Part shown: piece by piece, positions 27,245 through 35,609 of the stretch | Position numbering within the stretch: position 1 is the first letter of the stretch | Layout: every line of letters begins with the position of its first letter | Source: Deltaproteobacteria bacterium | Lineage (GTDB): Bacteria; Myxococcota_A; Polyangia; Polyangiales; B10-G4 | DNA length: 55,170 nt | Assembly (NCBI GenBank): GCA_003647065.1 | Contig: QMMC01000001.1 | Span: 1-55,170, forward strand | Reading direction: 5' to 3' | The notes under the pieces: model-generated | What the model saw: the letters and a program-made list of their open reading frames with translations, nothing else | Database searches by the model: none | What the model was told of the DNA's origin: nothing | Program-made: the position numbers and the translations under genes

Positions 27245-28240
27245 TCAGCGGGGGGCGGCCTCCCAGGTGTCGAGGACGTCGGCGATGGAGACTGCGCTCG
27301 CTGCTGATCCGTCGTGCCACGCGACCGTGACCTGATCGCCGGCGAGGGACTCGACGGTGCCGTGATAGAGCGTCAGCCCGGCCCAAAGGACCGTTACGTG
27401 GGTACCCGGTGTCAGGCGCTCGGCGGGCACCGGCGGTGCTACCCCGATGATCACATCGGGTGCGAGCAGCAGCTCTCCTTGTACGGTGGTGACACGGTAC
27501 TGGTCACCGACGCGTTCACCGATGGTGCCGTTGGTCGTTGTCCCCGCGAGCCAGACTCGCGTGCCGGGGGCTGGGTTCACCGGTGCCTCGAAGACATGGA
27601 GGATCTGCTTTCGGTTCACCGTCCCGAGGGAGTCGTCGTAGAGATAGCGCAGCTGGACTCGGTCGCCATCGACGGACACGACCTCTGCGGTCCAGGGTCG
27701 CTCGGGCATCAACTCGCCGGCGTTGAGCCAGTAGCTGAGCACCTTCACGCCGGGGCGAATCTGCGCAGGGTCCGCCCCTCGTCGCAGGGGGAACGACGCC
27801 GTCGGCGCGCCGCGGACGACCTCGGGCGGTGCTCCTTGGAGCGCGTAGAGCTGGTCCCGGCCGAACCAGGTATGGGCGCCGTCCTCGAAGCGCAAGTGCA
27901 CCAGGAAGCCCAAGGTTTGGATCACCGTGCCTTCGGCCGGCCCTCGGGGCGACCAGATCATCACCTGATGATCGACGAGGTCCGGCCAGGGCCTGATCCG
28001 CGACCCCTCGACCCATTCGCGTTCGCCATTGGCGTACTCGACCTGGGTGAGCTCTCCCCGGCGCTCCAGAACGCTCGCGGCGTAGATCGCCCCGCGCCCG
28101 AGCCAATCGACGGCGACGACCTCGGGGTCGGCGTTGGTCGAGGCCTCGGGTGCGGGTGCGGGTGCCGGCGAGTTCTCACGATCGCCACAACCGATGAGAG
28201 CGATGCATGTGCAGAGGAAGACGGCGGGTCGGTTTCGCAT
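27245..28240 (-). CDS. Lipoprotein with about five tandem Tudor/Agenet/SH3-like small beta-barrel repeats
   Basis: MRNRPAVFLCTCIALIGC lipobox. Modules of about 50-60 aa repeat (VVAVDWLGRGAIYAASV..VEYANGEREWV; VKVLSYWLNAG..AEVVSVDGDRVQLRY; HVTVLWAGLTLYHGTVESLAGDQVTVAWHDG). Confidence 0.65.
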   Translation of the reverse strand: MRNRPAVFLCTCIALIGCGDRENSPAPAPAPEASTNADPEVVAVDWLGRGAIYAASVLERRGELTQVEYANGEREWVEGSRIRPWPDLVDHQVMIWSPRGPAEGTVIQTLGFLVHLRFEDGAHTWFGRDQLYALQGAPPEVVRGAPTASFPLRRGADPAQIRPGVKVLSYWLNAGELMPERPWTAEVVSVDGDRVQLRYLYDDSLGTVNRKQILHVFEAPVNPAPGTRVWLAGTTTNGTIGERVGDQYRVTTVQGELLLAPDVIIGVAPPVPAERLTPGTHVTVLWAGLTLYHGTVESLAGDQVTVAWHDGSAASAVSIADVLDTWEAAPR

Positions 28241-28329
28241 GAGGTCCTTTGTCTATGGCTGAAGCGCCGTAGGCAAGGACGAATCGAGAGCGTGTTCGGC
28301 CTCTGGAGTCCCTGGATTGGAGCATCGCG

Positions 28330-28806
28330 TCAGAAAACGTCGACGTCGTACTCGACCGTAGTTTCTCCGATGGTCACCGAAGCGGCCTGCGCGCCCGACT
28401 CGTTCCAGATCCAGTAGACGGGGTTCGGGGTCATGGCCCGGCGGGGGCCGTCGTCGTCGAAGGTCCACTCGGCAGACTGGGATTGGCCGTCAAAGGTGAC
28501 GGTCGTGTCGAGGCAATCGGGGATGTCGTCACCGTAGACCACCACGTAGAAGCCCACCATCGACGAGCCCTGGCCACCGCGGACGATGGAGACCTCGGGG
28601 TCTTCGTCGAGGGCCACCATGTCGCCCATGTCGAGGAGTTCGATGCGCTCGGGCACCCATGCGCTCGCGCCTTCACAGCTCACCGGGGCCGGCGGGGGGC
28701 CCTCAACAGGGTTGCCCCAATCCCCGATGCACCCGAGGAGCGGGAGGACGAGGGCGACGGCGCCGGCGATGAGGCGGAGGGTGAAGAAGAGGCGGTGGTT
28801 GGGCAT
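28330..28806 (-). CDS. Lipoprotein, unknown function
   Basis: ATG 28806 gives MPNHRLFFTLRLIAGAVALVLPLLGC, a signal peptide plus lipobox. The longer track ORF start (28902) is rejected. Confidence 0.7.
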   Translation of the reverse strand: MPNHRLFFTLRLIAGAVALVLPLLGCIGDWGNPVEGPPPAPVSCEGASAWVPERIELLDMGDMVALDEDPEVSIVRGGQGSSMVGFYVVVYGDDIPDCLDTTVTFDGQSQSAEWTFDDDGPRRAMTPNPVYWIWNESGAQAASVTIGETTVEYDVDVF

Positions 28807-28862
28807 GGCGAGCTGCTGTGCAACGGCGGTGCCAGGTGAATTTGGGCTCATGCATGGGGCGG

Positions 28863-28883
28863 ATGTGTGCCACTGGCACACAT
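28863..28883. promoter_or_regulatory. Perfect palindrome ATGTGTGCC-ACT-GGCACACAT upstream of lipoprotein gene 28330-28806
   Basis: 9-bp arms with a 3-nt centre, 57-77 nt upstream of ATG 28806. Operator-like geometry. Confidence 0.4.
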
Positions 28884-28965
28884 TGGAGCTCCCAGTCCCC
28901 ACGCGGTGTCATCCCGGGTTCACGGTGCTCCGTTCTGACGAGACGGTGCGCGCGATGGTCGTGCA

Positions 28966-28999
28966 GTAGAAAACAAATCGGGCGCCCTGGGGCGCCCGA
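28966..28999 (-). terminator. Rho-independent terminator of the chalcone-isomerase-like gene
   Basis: GC-rich 9-bp stem TCGGGCGCC/GGCGCCCGA with a 4-nt loop (28978-28999). On the minus strand it is followed by TTTGTTTTCTAC. It lies 47 nt downstream of the stop at 29046. Confidence 0.75.
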
Positions 29000-29045
29000 C
29001 ATGATCCGCTTCAGATGTGGCTGAAGTTCCGTCTGTCTCGGAGCG

Positions 29046-29630
29046 TCAGCCGCAGCTGCCGCCGAGGAGGCCGGACTTGAGGCCACTGTTGGGGGGCGAG
29101 CTGCCGAGCCAGATGCCGAAGAACGCCCGGGCGAAGTCGTCGCCTTCGATGGTCCCCTTGTTGCGGCCCTTCACGTCGACCCGCAGGCCCGTGCCCGGGA
29201 TGTACGTGAACTGCATGACGTCGCCCTCTTCCATATCGGTCATCCACCCGTTGAGGCGGCGGATGTTGCCCCGCATCGACGAGAGGTTAGAGCCCGCCGA
29301 AGACTGGAAACCTTCGCTGAAGGCCTCGGTGATGTCGCTGCCGTCGACGTCGCGGACGAAGTGGAGGACCAGGCGCTTGCGCTTGGCCGTATCGAGGAGG
29401 TCGTTGGCGTTACGGGAACGCTCGCCCTCGACGTAGAGCCCTGCGATATAGACGTTGACGTTGAATACCGTCGCCTCGCGGATGCCCATCCCGTTGAGGG
29501 TGAGGCGCACCCCGTCGACGCGAGACGAGTTGGGCATGGTGACCCCTTCGCACTCGCGCGCGGAGGCCGGCGCCGTGAGCAGGAGGCAGGAGGCGAGGAC
29601 GATGGCGGATGATACGATGAGCTTCTTCAT
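29046..29630 (-). CDS. Chalcone isomerase-like family periplasmic protein
   Basis: MKKLIVSSAIVLASCLLLTAPASA signal peptide. LTLNGMGIREATVFNVNVYIAGLYV and FFGIWLG resemble bacterial chalcone-isomerase-like proteins. GGAG lies upstream of ATG 29630. Confidence 0.75.
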   Translation of the reverse strand: MKKLIVSSAIVLASCLLLTAPASARECEGVTMPNSSRVDGVRLTLNGMGIREATVFNVNVYIAGLYVEGERSRNANDLLDTAKRKRLVLHFVRDVDGSDITEAFSEGFQSSAGSNLSSMRGNIRRLNGWMTDMEEGDVMQFTYIPGTGLRVDVKGRNKGTIEGDDFARAFFGIWLGSSPPNSGLKSGLLGGSCG

Positions 29631-29828
29631 TGGGGTCTCCGAGTTGCGGGCGAGCATACGCGATCATGGCCGTCATGCCGATAGGGGTGAAAACGAGCGC
29701 CGATACCCCCCTTTTCGAGGAGTGCCCGGGATCGCACGATGTCTCGCCGCCCTTTCGTCGTGACGCTACTGCTGGTGGGTGCGGGGGCGGGACGGCGGTC
29801 GAGCCCTCGTTATTCACCCGGGGCCCAA

Positions 29829-30368
29829 TCAGGGCCCGAGGGCCATCCCCACCGATAAGATCATGGTCTGGCGCAGTTCGTCACCACCCTTGATCCGGTA
29901 GGTAAACTCGAAGGTCAGGCCGAAGAGGTCGGAGAACCAAGCGTGGAGCCCCAGACCAACGACCCCGCCGACGGTCACCCCCGTGTCCTGGCCGTCCCAG
30001 AGCGCCACGCTCAGCGTGGGGCCGGCCTTCACGAAGGGCTGCAGCGACCGGTCCGGACCGCCCCCGGAGGCGGGCAGGTAGTAGCGGAGGGAGAGGTCGT
30101 TCGTCGCGATCAGATGGCTGTCGTCTCCGGCGAGAGACGCCATCACTTCGACCCCGATGGGGAGGCTGCCAAATGGGATGTGCAACCCCAGGGAGCCGCC
30201 GATCGCAAAGAAGTCCTCGAACTCGCTGTGAATCTGGCTGAAGTCTGCTCGCAAGCTCAGAACGTAGCGGTCCGTGGCGGGCCCGTGTGATTCTGGATCG
30301 GCCGCGAGGGCGGTCCCGGGTGCCGATAGGAACCCGGCGGCGAGGAGAGCGAGCAGGAATAGACGCAT
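29829..30368 (-). CDS. Small outer-membrane beta-barrel-like protein
   Basis: GGAGG lies 11 nt upstream of ATG 30368. MRLFLLALLAAGFLSAPGTALA is a signal peptide. The remainder has alternating amphipathic beta-strand patterns (LSLRADF, LGLHIPF, LSLRYYL, GLTFEFTYRI). No terminal aromatic residue. Confidence 0.55.
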   Translation of the reverse strand: MRLFLLALLAAGFLSAPGTALAADPESHGPATDRYVLSLRADFSQIHSEFEDFFAIGGSLGLHIPFGSLPIGVEVMASLAGDDSHLIATNDLSLRYYLPASGGGPDRSLQPFVKAGPTLSVALWDGQDTGVTVGGVVGLGLHAWFSDLFGLTFEFTYRIKGGDELRQTMILSVGMALGP

Positions 30369-30404
30369 GACTTTGTTTGCCTCCATGGGCTGAAAACCTG
30401 GCGG

Positions 30405-30438
30405 CCCGCGTAGTCGAGGTCTCGCCTCGACTACCGGG
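30405..30438 (-). terminator. Strong hairpin overlapping the SulP stop codon (possible terminator/attenuator)
   Basis: Perfect 10-bp stem GTAGTCGAGG/CCTCGACTAC with a 5-nt loop, extendable with CCCG/CGGG and one bulge. GTTTTC occurs about 11 nt further on the minus strand. Not canonical. Confidence 0.35.
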
Positions 30439-32116
30439 CCCCTCTGACCGCTGGGTAGTGGCGTAGGGCGCCGCTTCCCACCGGTGTCGACGTCGTCTCG
30501 TGGGTCCCCTCCTTCGGGGGCGCCAGCTTTGCCAGCCCGATGAGCTCGACTTCGACGCTCCGGGCCGCGGCCGTGGCCGCGAACTCTTCGATCAGCTCGA
30601 GGACGTCGGCGTGGATGTAGTGCGAACTGCTGGCGTCCACCTTCACGACAGTGCCCGCGGGCAGCTCGTGGAGGACCTTGCTGACGCTCGCCTTGTTGAG
30701 GAACGACACGTTCTCGCTCAACTCGATGCTGATGCGGCGGCGGTGGCCTTCTTCTTTGTGAGATTCGCTGTGGTGGATGAAGTAGGGGACCTGGAGATTT
30801 GCCCGGAGGATGAAGAACACGGCGACGCCCATGCCGATGCCGACTCCGGTGAGCAGATCGGTCGCCACGACCGCGACGATGGTGGTGACGAAGGGCGCCC
30901 ATTGGCCGGTCTCCTGACCGAAGAGCTTCCGGAAGACCTCGACCCGGGCGAGCTTGTAGCCGATGTGCAGGAGAATCGCGGCCAGGGCCGCGAGGGGGAT
31001 CCAGCCCATCACCGTGGGAAGGACGACGATGGCAAAGAGCAGCATGCCCCCGTGAAACACGGCCGAGAGCCGGGTGCGCGCCCCGGACTGAATGTTCGCC
31101 GACCCGCGTACGATGACCGCGGTGAGGGGAAGACCTCCGAGGAGCCCGGCTATCATGTTGCCGACGCCCTGGGCGACGAGCTCTCGGTTCACCGGGCTGC
31201 GTCGCTTGAACGGGTCGAGCTTATCGAGGGCTTCGAGGCAAAGAAGGGTTTCGATGCTCGCGACGGCTGCGATGACGAAGCCCGTCTGCCAGATGGCGGC
31301 TTCGAAGATTCGGCTGAAGTCCGGGAAGCTTATCTGCGACGCGAGGTCGACGAAGCCCCCCGACGGCAGGCTCACGAGGTGGTTTCCATCGAGGCCCCAC
31401 TGCGGCACGACCGCGAGGAAGATCGCGTTGAGACCGATGCCGAGGAGCACTACGGCGAGGGGACCCGGCATCCACCGGAGTCCTTTGAGAACGTCGACCC
31501 TCTCCCAGACCAGGAGCACGACGAGTCCGAGGGCTGCGATGATCGCCGCGCCCAGGTGGATGTGCTCGAAGGCAAACGAGATCTCGTGCCAGGCGCCGAG
31601 GTCGCCGTTCCAGTAGAGGGTCAGGTCGCCTTCGAAGTCCTCGTCGTAGCCGAGGGCGTGGGGGATCTGCTTGAGGATCAGGATCACCCCGATCGCGGCG
31701 AGCATTCCCTTGATGACGCTCGACGGGAAGTAGTACGCGAAGACTCCCGCCTTGAGCAGGCCCAGGAGGATCTGGACCGCCCCGGCGACGACGACCGCGA
31801 GGAGGAAACCCTCGTAGCCGAGGCCCGCTATCGCCGACAAGACGATGGTGATCAGGCCGGCCGCGGGCCCGGAGACGGCCACCGCCGAGCCGCTCACCCA
31901 CGCGACGACGAGGCCACCCACGATGCCGCTGACGAGGCCCGCGAGGGGCGGGGCCCCCGACGCGATCGCGATGCCGAGGCAGAGCGGAAGGGCGACGAGG
32001 AAGACGACCACCGAAGCCGGCAGGTCGTGCTTCAGGTTCCTGAGATAGCCGGTGCCCCCGGGTGGTGCGCCCTCGGCCGGGGGTATCCCCCCTAAGCCTG
32101 CGCCCTTACCCAGCAT
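30431..32116 (-). CDS. SulP-family anion transporter with C-terminal STAS domain (bicarbonate/sulfate permease type)
   Basis: Polytopic N-terminus with the SulP signature region (LPLCLGIAIASGAPPLAGL, AVVASIETLLCLEALD, ELVAQGVGNMIAGLLGGLP). The C-terminal soluble domain is STAS-like (ISIELSENVSFLN...VVKVDASSSHYIHADVLELIEEF). Confidence 0.9.
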   Translation of the reverse strand: MLGKGAGLGGIPPAEGAPPGGTGYLRNLKHDLPASVVVFLVALPLCLGIAIASGAPPLAGLVSGIVGGLVVAWVSGSAVAVSGPAAGLITIVLSAIAGLGYEGFLLAVVVAGAVQILLGLLKAGVFAYYFPSSVIKGMLAAIGVILILKQIPHALGYDEDFEGDLTLYWNGDLGAWHEISFAFEHIHLGAAIIAALGLVVLLVWERVDVLKGLRWMPGPLAVVLLGIGLNAIFLAVVPQWGLDGNHLVSLPSGGFVDLASQISFPDFSRIFEAAIWQTGFVIAAVASIETLLCLEALDKLDPFKRRSPVNRELVAQGVGNMIAGLLGGLPLTAVIVRGSANIQSGARTRLSAVFHGGMLLFAIVVLPTVMGWIPLAALAAILLHIGYKLARVEVFRKLFGQETGQWAPFVTTIVAVVATDLLTGVGIGMGVAVFFILRANLQVPYFIHHSESHKEEGHRRRISIELSENVSFLNKASVSKVLHELPAGTVVKVDASSSHYIHADVLELIEEFAATAAARSVEVELIGLAKLAPPKEGTHETTSTPVGSGALRHYPAVRGAR

Positions 32117-32750
32117 CGGGCCCCAGTCGGTAAATCTGCCGTACGTCCTTCATGATCTCGTCGAACGGGATCTCGAGATCCCGCAGAAGCCCGTCGGACA
32201 AGTCGAAGACCCAACCGTGCACGGTGGGCCTCTTCCGGCGCATGAACTGCTTCTGGACACAGGCGGTCTTGAGGATGTGAACGCACTGCTCCTGAACGTT
32301 GAGTTCGACGAGGCGTCGATAACGCGCACTTTCGTCTTCGATGGCGTCGAGCTCGTGGCGGTGAAGGCGGTAGACGTCACGAACCTCGCGCAGCCATCCG
32401 TTGAGGAGGCCGAGGTCCTCGGACTGCATCGCAGCCCGCACGCCGCCGCACCCGTAGTGCCCGCACACGATGATGTAGTCCACCTCGAGGTGGGTGACCG
32501 CGTACTCGATGACGGACTGAGCGTTGAGGTCCGTATTGACGACGAGGTTCGCGACGTTGCGATGGACGAAGACATCACCGGGGGCGAGGCCCATGATCTC
32601 GTTCGCCGGGACCCGGGAGTCCGAGCAGCCGATGTAGAGGAACTCTGGGTTCTGTCCGTTGGCGAGGTGCTCGAAGAAGTCGGACTGCTGTCGTCGCTTC
32701 TCTTGCACCCACTGACGGTTGCCTTCGAAGATGGCTTGGTATCGCTTCAC
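32106..32750 (-). CDS. can: Beta-class carbonic anhydrase
   Basis: FLYIGCSDSRVP and GHYGCGGV provide the Zn ligands Cys/His/Cys. The overall layout resembles Can/CynT. It overlaps the SulP start by 11 nt. Confidence 0.93.
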   Translation of the reverse strand: MKRYQAIFEGNRQWVQEKRRQQSDFFEHLANGQNPEFLYIGCSDSRVPANEIMGLAPGDVFVHRNVANLVVNTDLNAQSVIEYAVTHLEVDYIIVCGHYGCGGVRAAMQSEDLGLLNGWLREVRDVYRLHRHELDAIEDESARYRRLVELNVQEQCVHILKTACVQKQFMRRKRPTVHGWVFDLSDGLLRDLEIPFDEIMKDVRQIYRLGPDAG

Positions 32751-32890
32751 TGTCCGACCTCGGGGAGGGAGGACGGGGGGCTGACGTACACGCGGGCGGA
32801 TGCCGTGGAGACGCGGGGGAGTGATTTATCCACCCTCTCTATGTACGTGCGCGTAGACCCTGGGAAACCCAGATAATATCGCGTTCACGA

Positions 32891-32905
32891 ATAGGCATAA
32901 CCTAT
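32891..32905. promoter_or_regulatory. LysR-type T-N11-A box ATAGG-CATAA-CCTAT
   Basis: Perfect dyad in the divergent can/LysR intergenic region. It fits the generic LTTR recognition geometry. Confidence 0.5.
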
Positions 32906-32966
32906 GCGTTGCATGCGCGTCGTAGGCTCAGCCTCGACTCCATGGCCAGGCCAATCTTGGGCATCG

Positions 32967-32985
32967 CCTATTCCTATGGTATAGG
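32967..32985. promoter_or_regulatory. Second cluster of the same half-sites: CCTAT-T-CCTAT-GGT-ATAGG
   Basis: It reuses the CCTAT/ATAGG half-sites of the upstream box and ends 9 nt before the LysR ATG (32994). Confidence 0.4.
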
Positions 32986-32993
32986 TTCTTCCG

Positions 32994-33893
32994 ATGGACT
33001 GGGTAAACTACCACCACCTTCTCTATTTCTGGGTCGTCGCCAAAGAGGGCACGGTGACCAAGGCTGCGGAGGTCCTGCGTCTCCGGCAGCCCACCGTGAG
33101 CGAGCAGCTCAAGAACCTCGAAGAATCCCTCGGGGAGCAACTCTTCGACCGCAGCCGGCGTCGCCTCACTCTGACGGACTCGGGTAGGTTGGTCTACCGG
33201 TACGCCGATGAGATCTTCCGCCTCGGCCAGGAACTGAAAGATACGCTCGCGGGCCGACCGACCGGGCGCCCCTCCAAGCTTCGGGTCGGGGTGAGCGACG
33301 CGGTCCCCAAGCTCGTCCTCCACCGGCTCCTCGAGCCCGCGCTCCGCATGGAGGAGCCGGTTCAGCTCGTATGCCGTGAAGACAAGACCGAACGCTTGCT
33401 GGCGGAGTTGTCGGTCTCGGACCTCGACCTCGTTCTCACGGACGCCCCCCTCGCCGGGAAGGCCAGGGTCCGGGCCTTCAATCACCTGCTCGGTGAATGT
33501 GGCGTCAGCTTCTTTGCAGTGGCGGACCTCGCGAAGGCCCATCGCAAGGAGTTTCCCGCTTCCCTCGATGGGGCGCCGCTTCTCCTGCCCACGGACAATA
33601 CGCTTCTGAGGCGCTCCCTCGACCACTGGTTCGATGCGATCGGAGTGCGACCTCGAGTGGTCGCGGAGTTTGAGGACAGTGCGCTGCTCAAGCAGTTCGC
33701 CCAGTACGGTGAGGGCATCTTCGCCGGCCCCTCGGCCATCGAACACGAGATCATCGACCAGTACGGGGTGCGCGTGCTCGGCCGGACCGAACACGTCGTC
33801 GAGCGCTTCTACGCGATCACGGTGGAGCGCAGGATCAAGCACCCCGCGGTGCGAGCGATCAGCGACGCGGCCCACGAGAACATCTTCGGCTGA
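32994..33893 (+). CDS. LysR-family transcriptional regulator, NhaR-like
   Basis: The N-terminal HTH MDWVNYHHLLYFWVVAKEGTVTKAAEVLRLRQPTVSEQLKNLEESLG closely parallels my recollection of the NhaR N-terminus (INYNHLYYFW...). A LysR substrate-binding domain follows. Confidence 0.9.
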   Translation: MDWVNYHHLLYFWVVAKEGTVTKAAEVLRLRQPTVSEQLKNLEESLGEQLFDRSRRRLTLTDSGRLVYRYADEIFRLGQELKDTLAGRPTGRPSKLRVGVSDAVPKLVLHRLLEPALRMEEPVQLVCREDKTERLLAELSVSDLDLVLTDAPLAGKARVRAFNHLLGECGVSFFAVADLAKAHRKEFPASLDGAPLLLPTDNTLLRRSLDHWFDAIGVRPRVVAEFEDSALLKQFAQYGEGIFAGPSAIEHEIIDQYGVRVLGRTEHVVERFYAITVERRIKHPAVRAISDAAHENIFG

Positions 33894-33942
33894 AGGCGGC
33901 GGGGGTGGGCTCCCATTCGTGCCCACGTGCTACACGTCCGCC

Positions 33943-34566
33943 ATGGCGCGCCCTCGACCAGCCGACATCCGCTCCGTGCTCTTCGACCTCGACGGTGTCT
34001 TGGTCGACTCCGAGCGCGCGTGGTTCGAGACTCTCTGCCTGACGGCTGAGCGATTCGGCGCGCCGGCTATCGATTGGGACAGCTTTTCCCCGACCTTCGG
34101 CCAGGGAATCGTCGCTGACCAGCGTACCTTCTTTGCGACCGCGTCCATCGACGAGGTCGCCAGGGCCTACGACGAGCTCTACCCCGGCGCCGCGGCGAAG
34201 GCCGAGCTCCTCGAGGGCGCCGTCTCGCTCCTCGAGGCCTTGCGCGAGAACGGGATTCGTACCGCACTCGTCACCAACGCACCGCGCCGCGCCGCCGAGG
34301 CCGTGCTCGCTGAAAAGGGCCTCGCGACCTTGCTCGACGCCACCGCGACCTCGACCGACGGACCGGAGAAGCCGGACCCCGGCCTGGTGCACCTCGCGCT
34401 CACGCAAATCGAGGGCAGCGCGGCGACCGCCGTCTACGTCGGCGACTCGGTGACCGACCGAGGTGCGGCAAACGCAGCGGGGGTCTTTTTCATCGGCCGC
34501 GGCATCGACGGTGACGTCCGGGTCGAGACGCTGGTCGAGCTCGGGCGCTGGCTGGACGCCGGCTGA
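33943..34566 (+). CDS. HAD-superfamily hydrolase (phosphoglycolate-phosphatase-like, subfamily IA)
   Basis: Motif I is FDLDGVLVDSE, motif II is VTNAPR, and motif III/IV is KPDP...YVGDSVTD. The start at MARPRP is chosen because the upstream part of the track ORF overlaps the LysR gene out of frame. Confidence 0.88.
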   Translation: MARPRPADIRSVLFDLDGVLVDSERAWFETLCLTAERFGAPAIDWDSFSPTFGQGIVADQRTFFATASIDEVARAYDELYPGAAAKAELLEGAVSLLEALRENGIRTALVTNAPRRAAEAVLAEKGLATLLDATATSTDGPEKPDPGLVHLALTQIEGSAATAVYVGDSVTDRGAANAAGVFFIGRGIDGDVRVETLVELGRWLDAG

Positions 34567-34603
34567 TCTCCCCGGTCACCCGAGATTCACCGCATATCGG
34601 CGG

Positions 34604-34984
34604 TCATCGCGAGGGCCGTGGGCGCCGGAGTGAGCCGAGCAGCGATATGAGCACGCTCGCCGCGTACAAGAGCCAGGTCGGGACAGCGAAAATCGCGGTG
34701 ACGGTCATCGTCGTCGAAATCGCCTCGGCCAGCGCTGACGCCTTGGTCGCGGCGTCGGTGCTCTCCACCGCGTCGAACGCCTGGGTCAGAAGTGCCATCG
34801 AAGCCGCGGCGCCGATGAGCCCCAAACCGAGCGCCACCAGGGGCAGCCAGGTCGCGCGCTGCCACCAGACACCGCCCTGTCGCCGCGCAACCCAGCGCGC
34901 CCACTGGAAAAGACCGAGCGAAACCACGATCTGGGTCGCGACTGCCAGGATTGCGGGCACGATCAACTCAGACATGACGCGCAT
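34604..34984 (-). CDS. Small 3-TM membrane protein with distant resemblance to the MotA/TolQ/ExbB channel-forming C-terminal region
   Basis: Three predicted TM segments. GLGLIGAAASMALLTQAF...LAEAISTTMTVTAIFAVPTWLLY parallels the ExbB/TolQ pattern GLxGTVxG...F...IAEAL.xT.xGL.xAIP....Y as I recall it. The start is 34984 or 34975. Confidence 0.5.
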   Translation of the reverse strand: MRVMSELIVPAILAVATQIVVSLGLFQWARWVARRQGGVWWQRATWLPLVALGLGLIGAAASMALLTQAFDAVESTDAATKASALAEAISTTMTVTAIFAVPTWLLYAASVLISLLGSLRRPRPSR

Positions 34985-35030
34985 GTAACAGCAATCGATG
35001 TCGCTGAGAACAGATGGATCCCTCGGCCGG

Positions 35031-35555
35031 CTAACGCCGGGCACGCCGATGAAGCAGCAACCCGAGGGCGAACACCGGAGCACCGAAGAACGCCTCGACC
35101 GAGAGAATATGCAGCCCGCGGTCGGAGAAGAACGCTCCGACGCTGAGGGGCGAGACGGGGATTGGGCGCCAGGGAAAGAAGAAGCGGGTGGACGAGAAGG
35201 GCGCGAAGAAGGCGATGCCGAGGCCGCCGTTCGTGAGGGCATCGAGCAGGGAGTGGGAGAGCATAGCCAACGAGACGCACGCGAATATGACCCGCCTCGT
35301 CTCCCGAGGGTAGCCGAGGGCGACTGCCGCGCTGACGGCCGCGTAGAACGCCGGAGCGTGGAAGAGACCCCGGTGCCCGAGCAGGTGCGCGTAGTCCACC
35401 CAGGCGAACGTCACGACGTCTGCGTCGGGGAGCACAGCGAAGAGCATCCCGAGCGATACCAGGCGGATCGTCGCCGGCCGGCTGCGCGCCGGGAGGGCGG
35501 TGCATGCGAGCCCGATTCCGGCGCCGACTACGGCGTGAGTGATGGCGGAGGCCAA
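35031..35555 (-). CDS. YdjM/DUF457-type membrane-bound metal-dependent hydrolase
   Basis: THAVVGAGIG, LPDADV, GHRGLFH and SHSLLDALTNGG match conserved His/Asp motifs of the family. Confidence 0.85.
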   Translation of the reverse strand: MASAITHAVVGAGIGLACTALPARSRPATIRLVSLGMLFAVLPDADVVTFAWVDYAHLLGHRGLFHAPAFYAAVSAAVALGYPRETRRVIFACVSLAMLSHSLLDALTNGGLGIAFFAPFSSTRFFFPWRPIPVSPLSVGAFFSDRGLHILSVEAFFGAPVFALGLLLHRRARR

Positions 35556-35609
35556 GTTGGCGACAGTGTAGCGGAGCGCGCGCCTTCAGCAATTTCGTAG
35601 GACCTAGAA

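Noticed and set aside
29829-30902. 357-aa ORF as a single gene
   Set aside because: The upstream 178 aa are Arg/Pro/His-rich and overlap the SulP gene in another frame. The signal peptide and SD support a start at 30368.
30500-32095. 531-aa plus-strand ORF
   Set aside because: Antisense to the SulP transporter, with highly acidic/Arg-rich low complexity.
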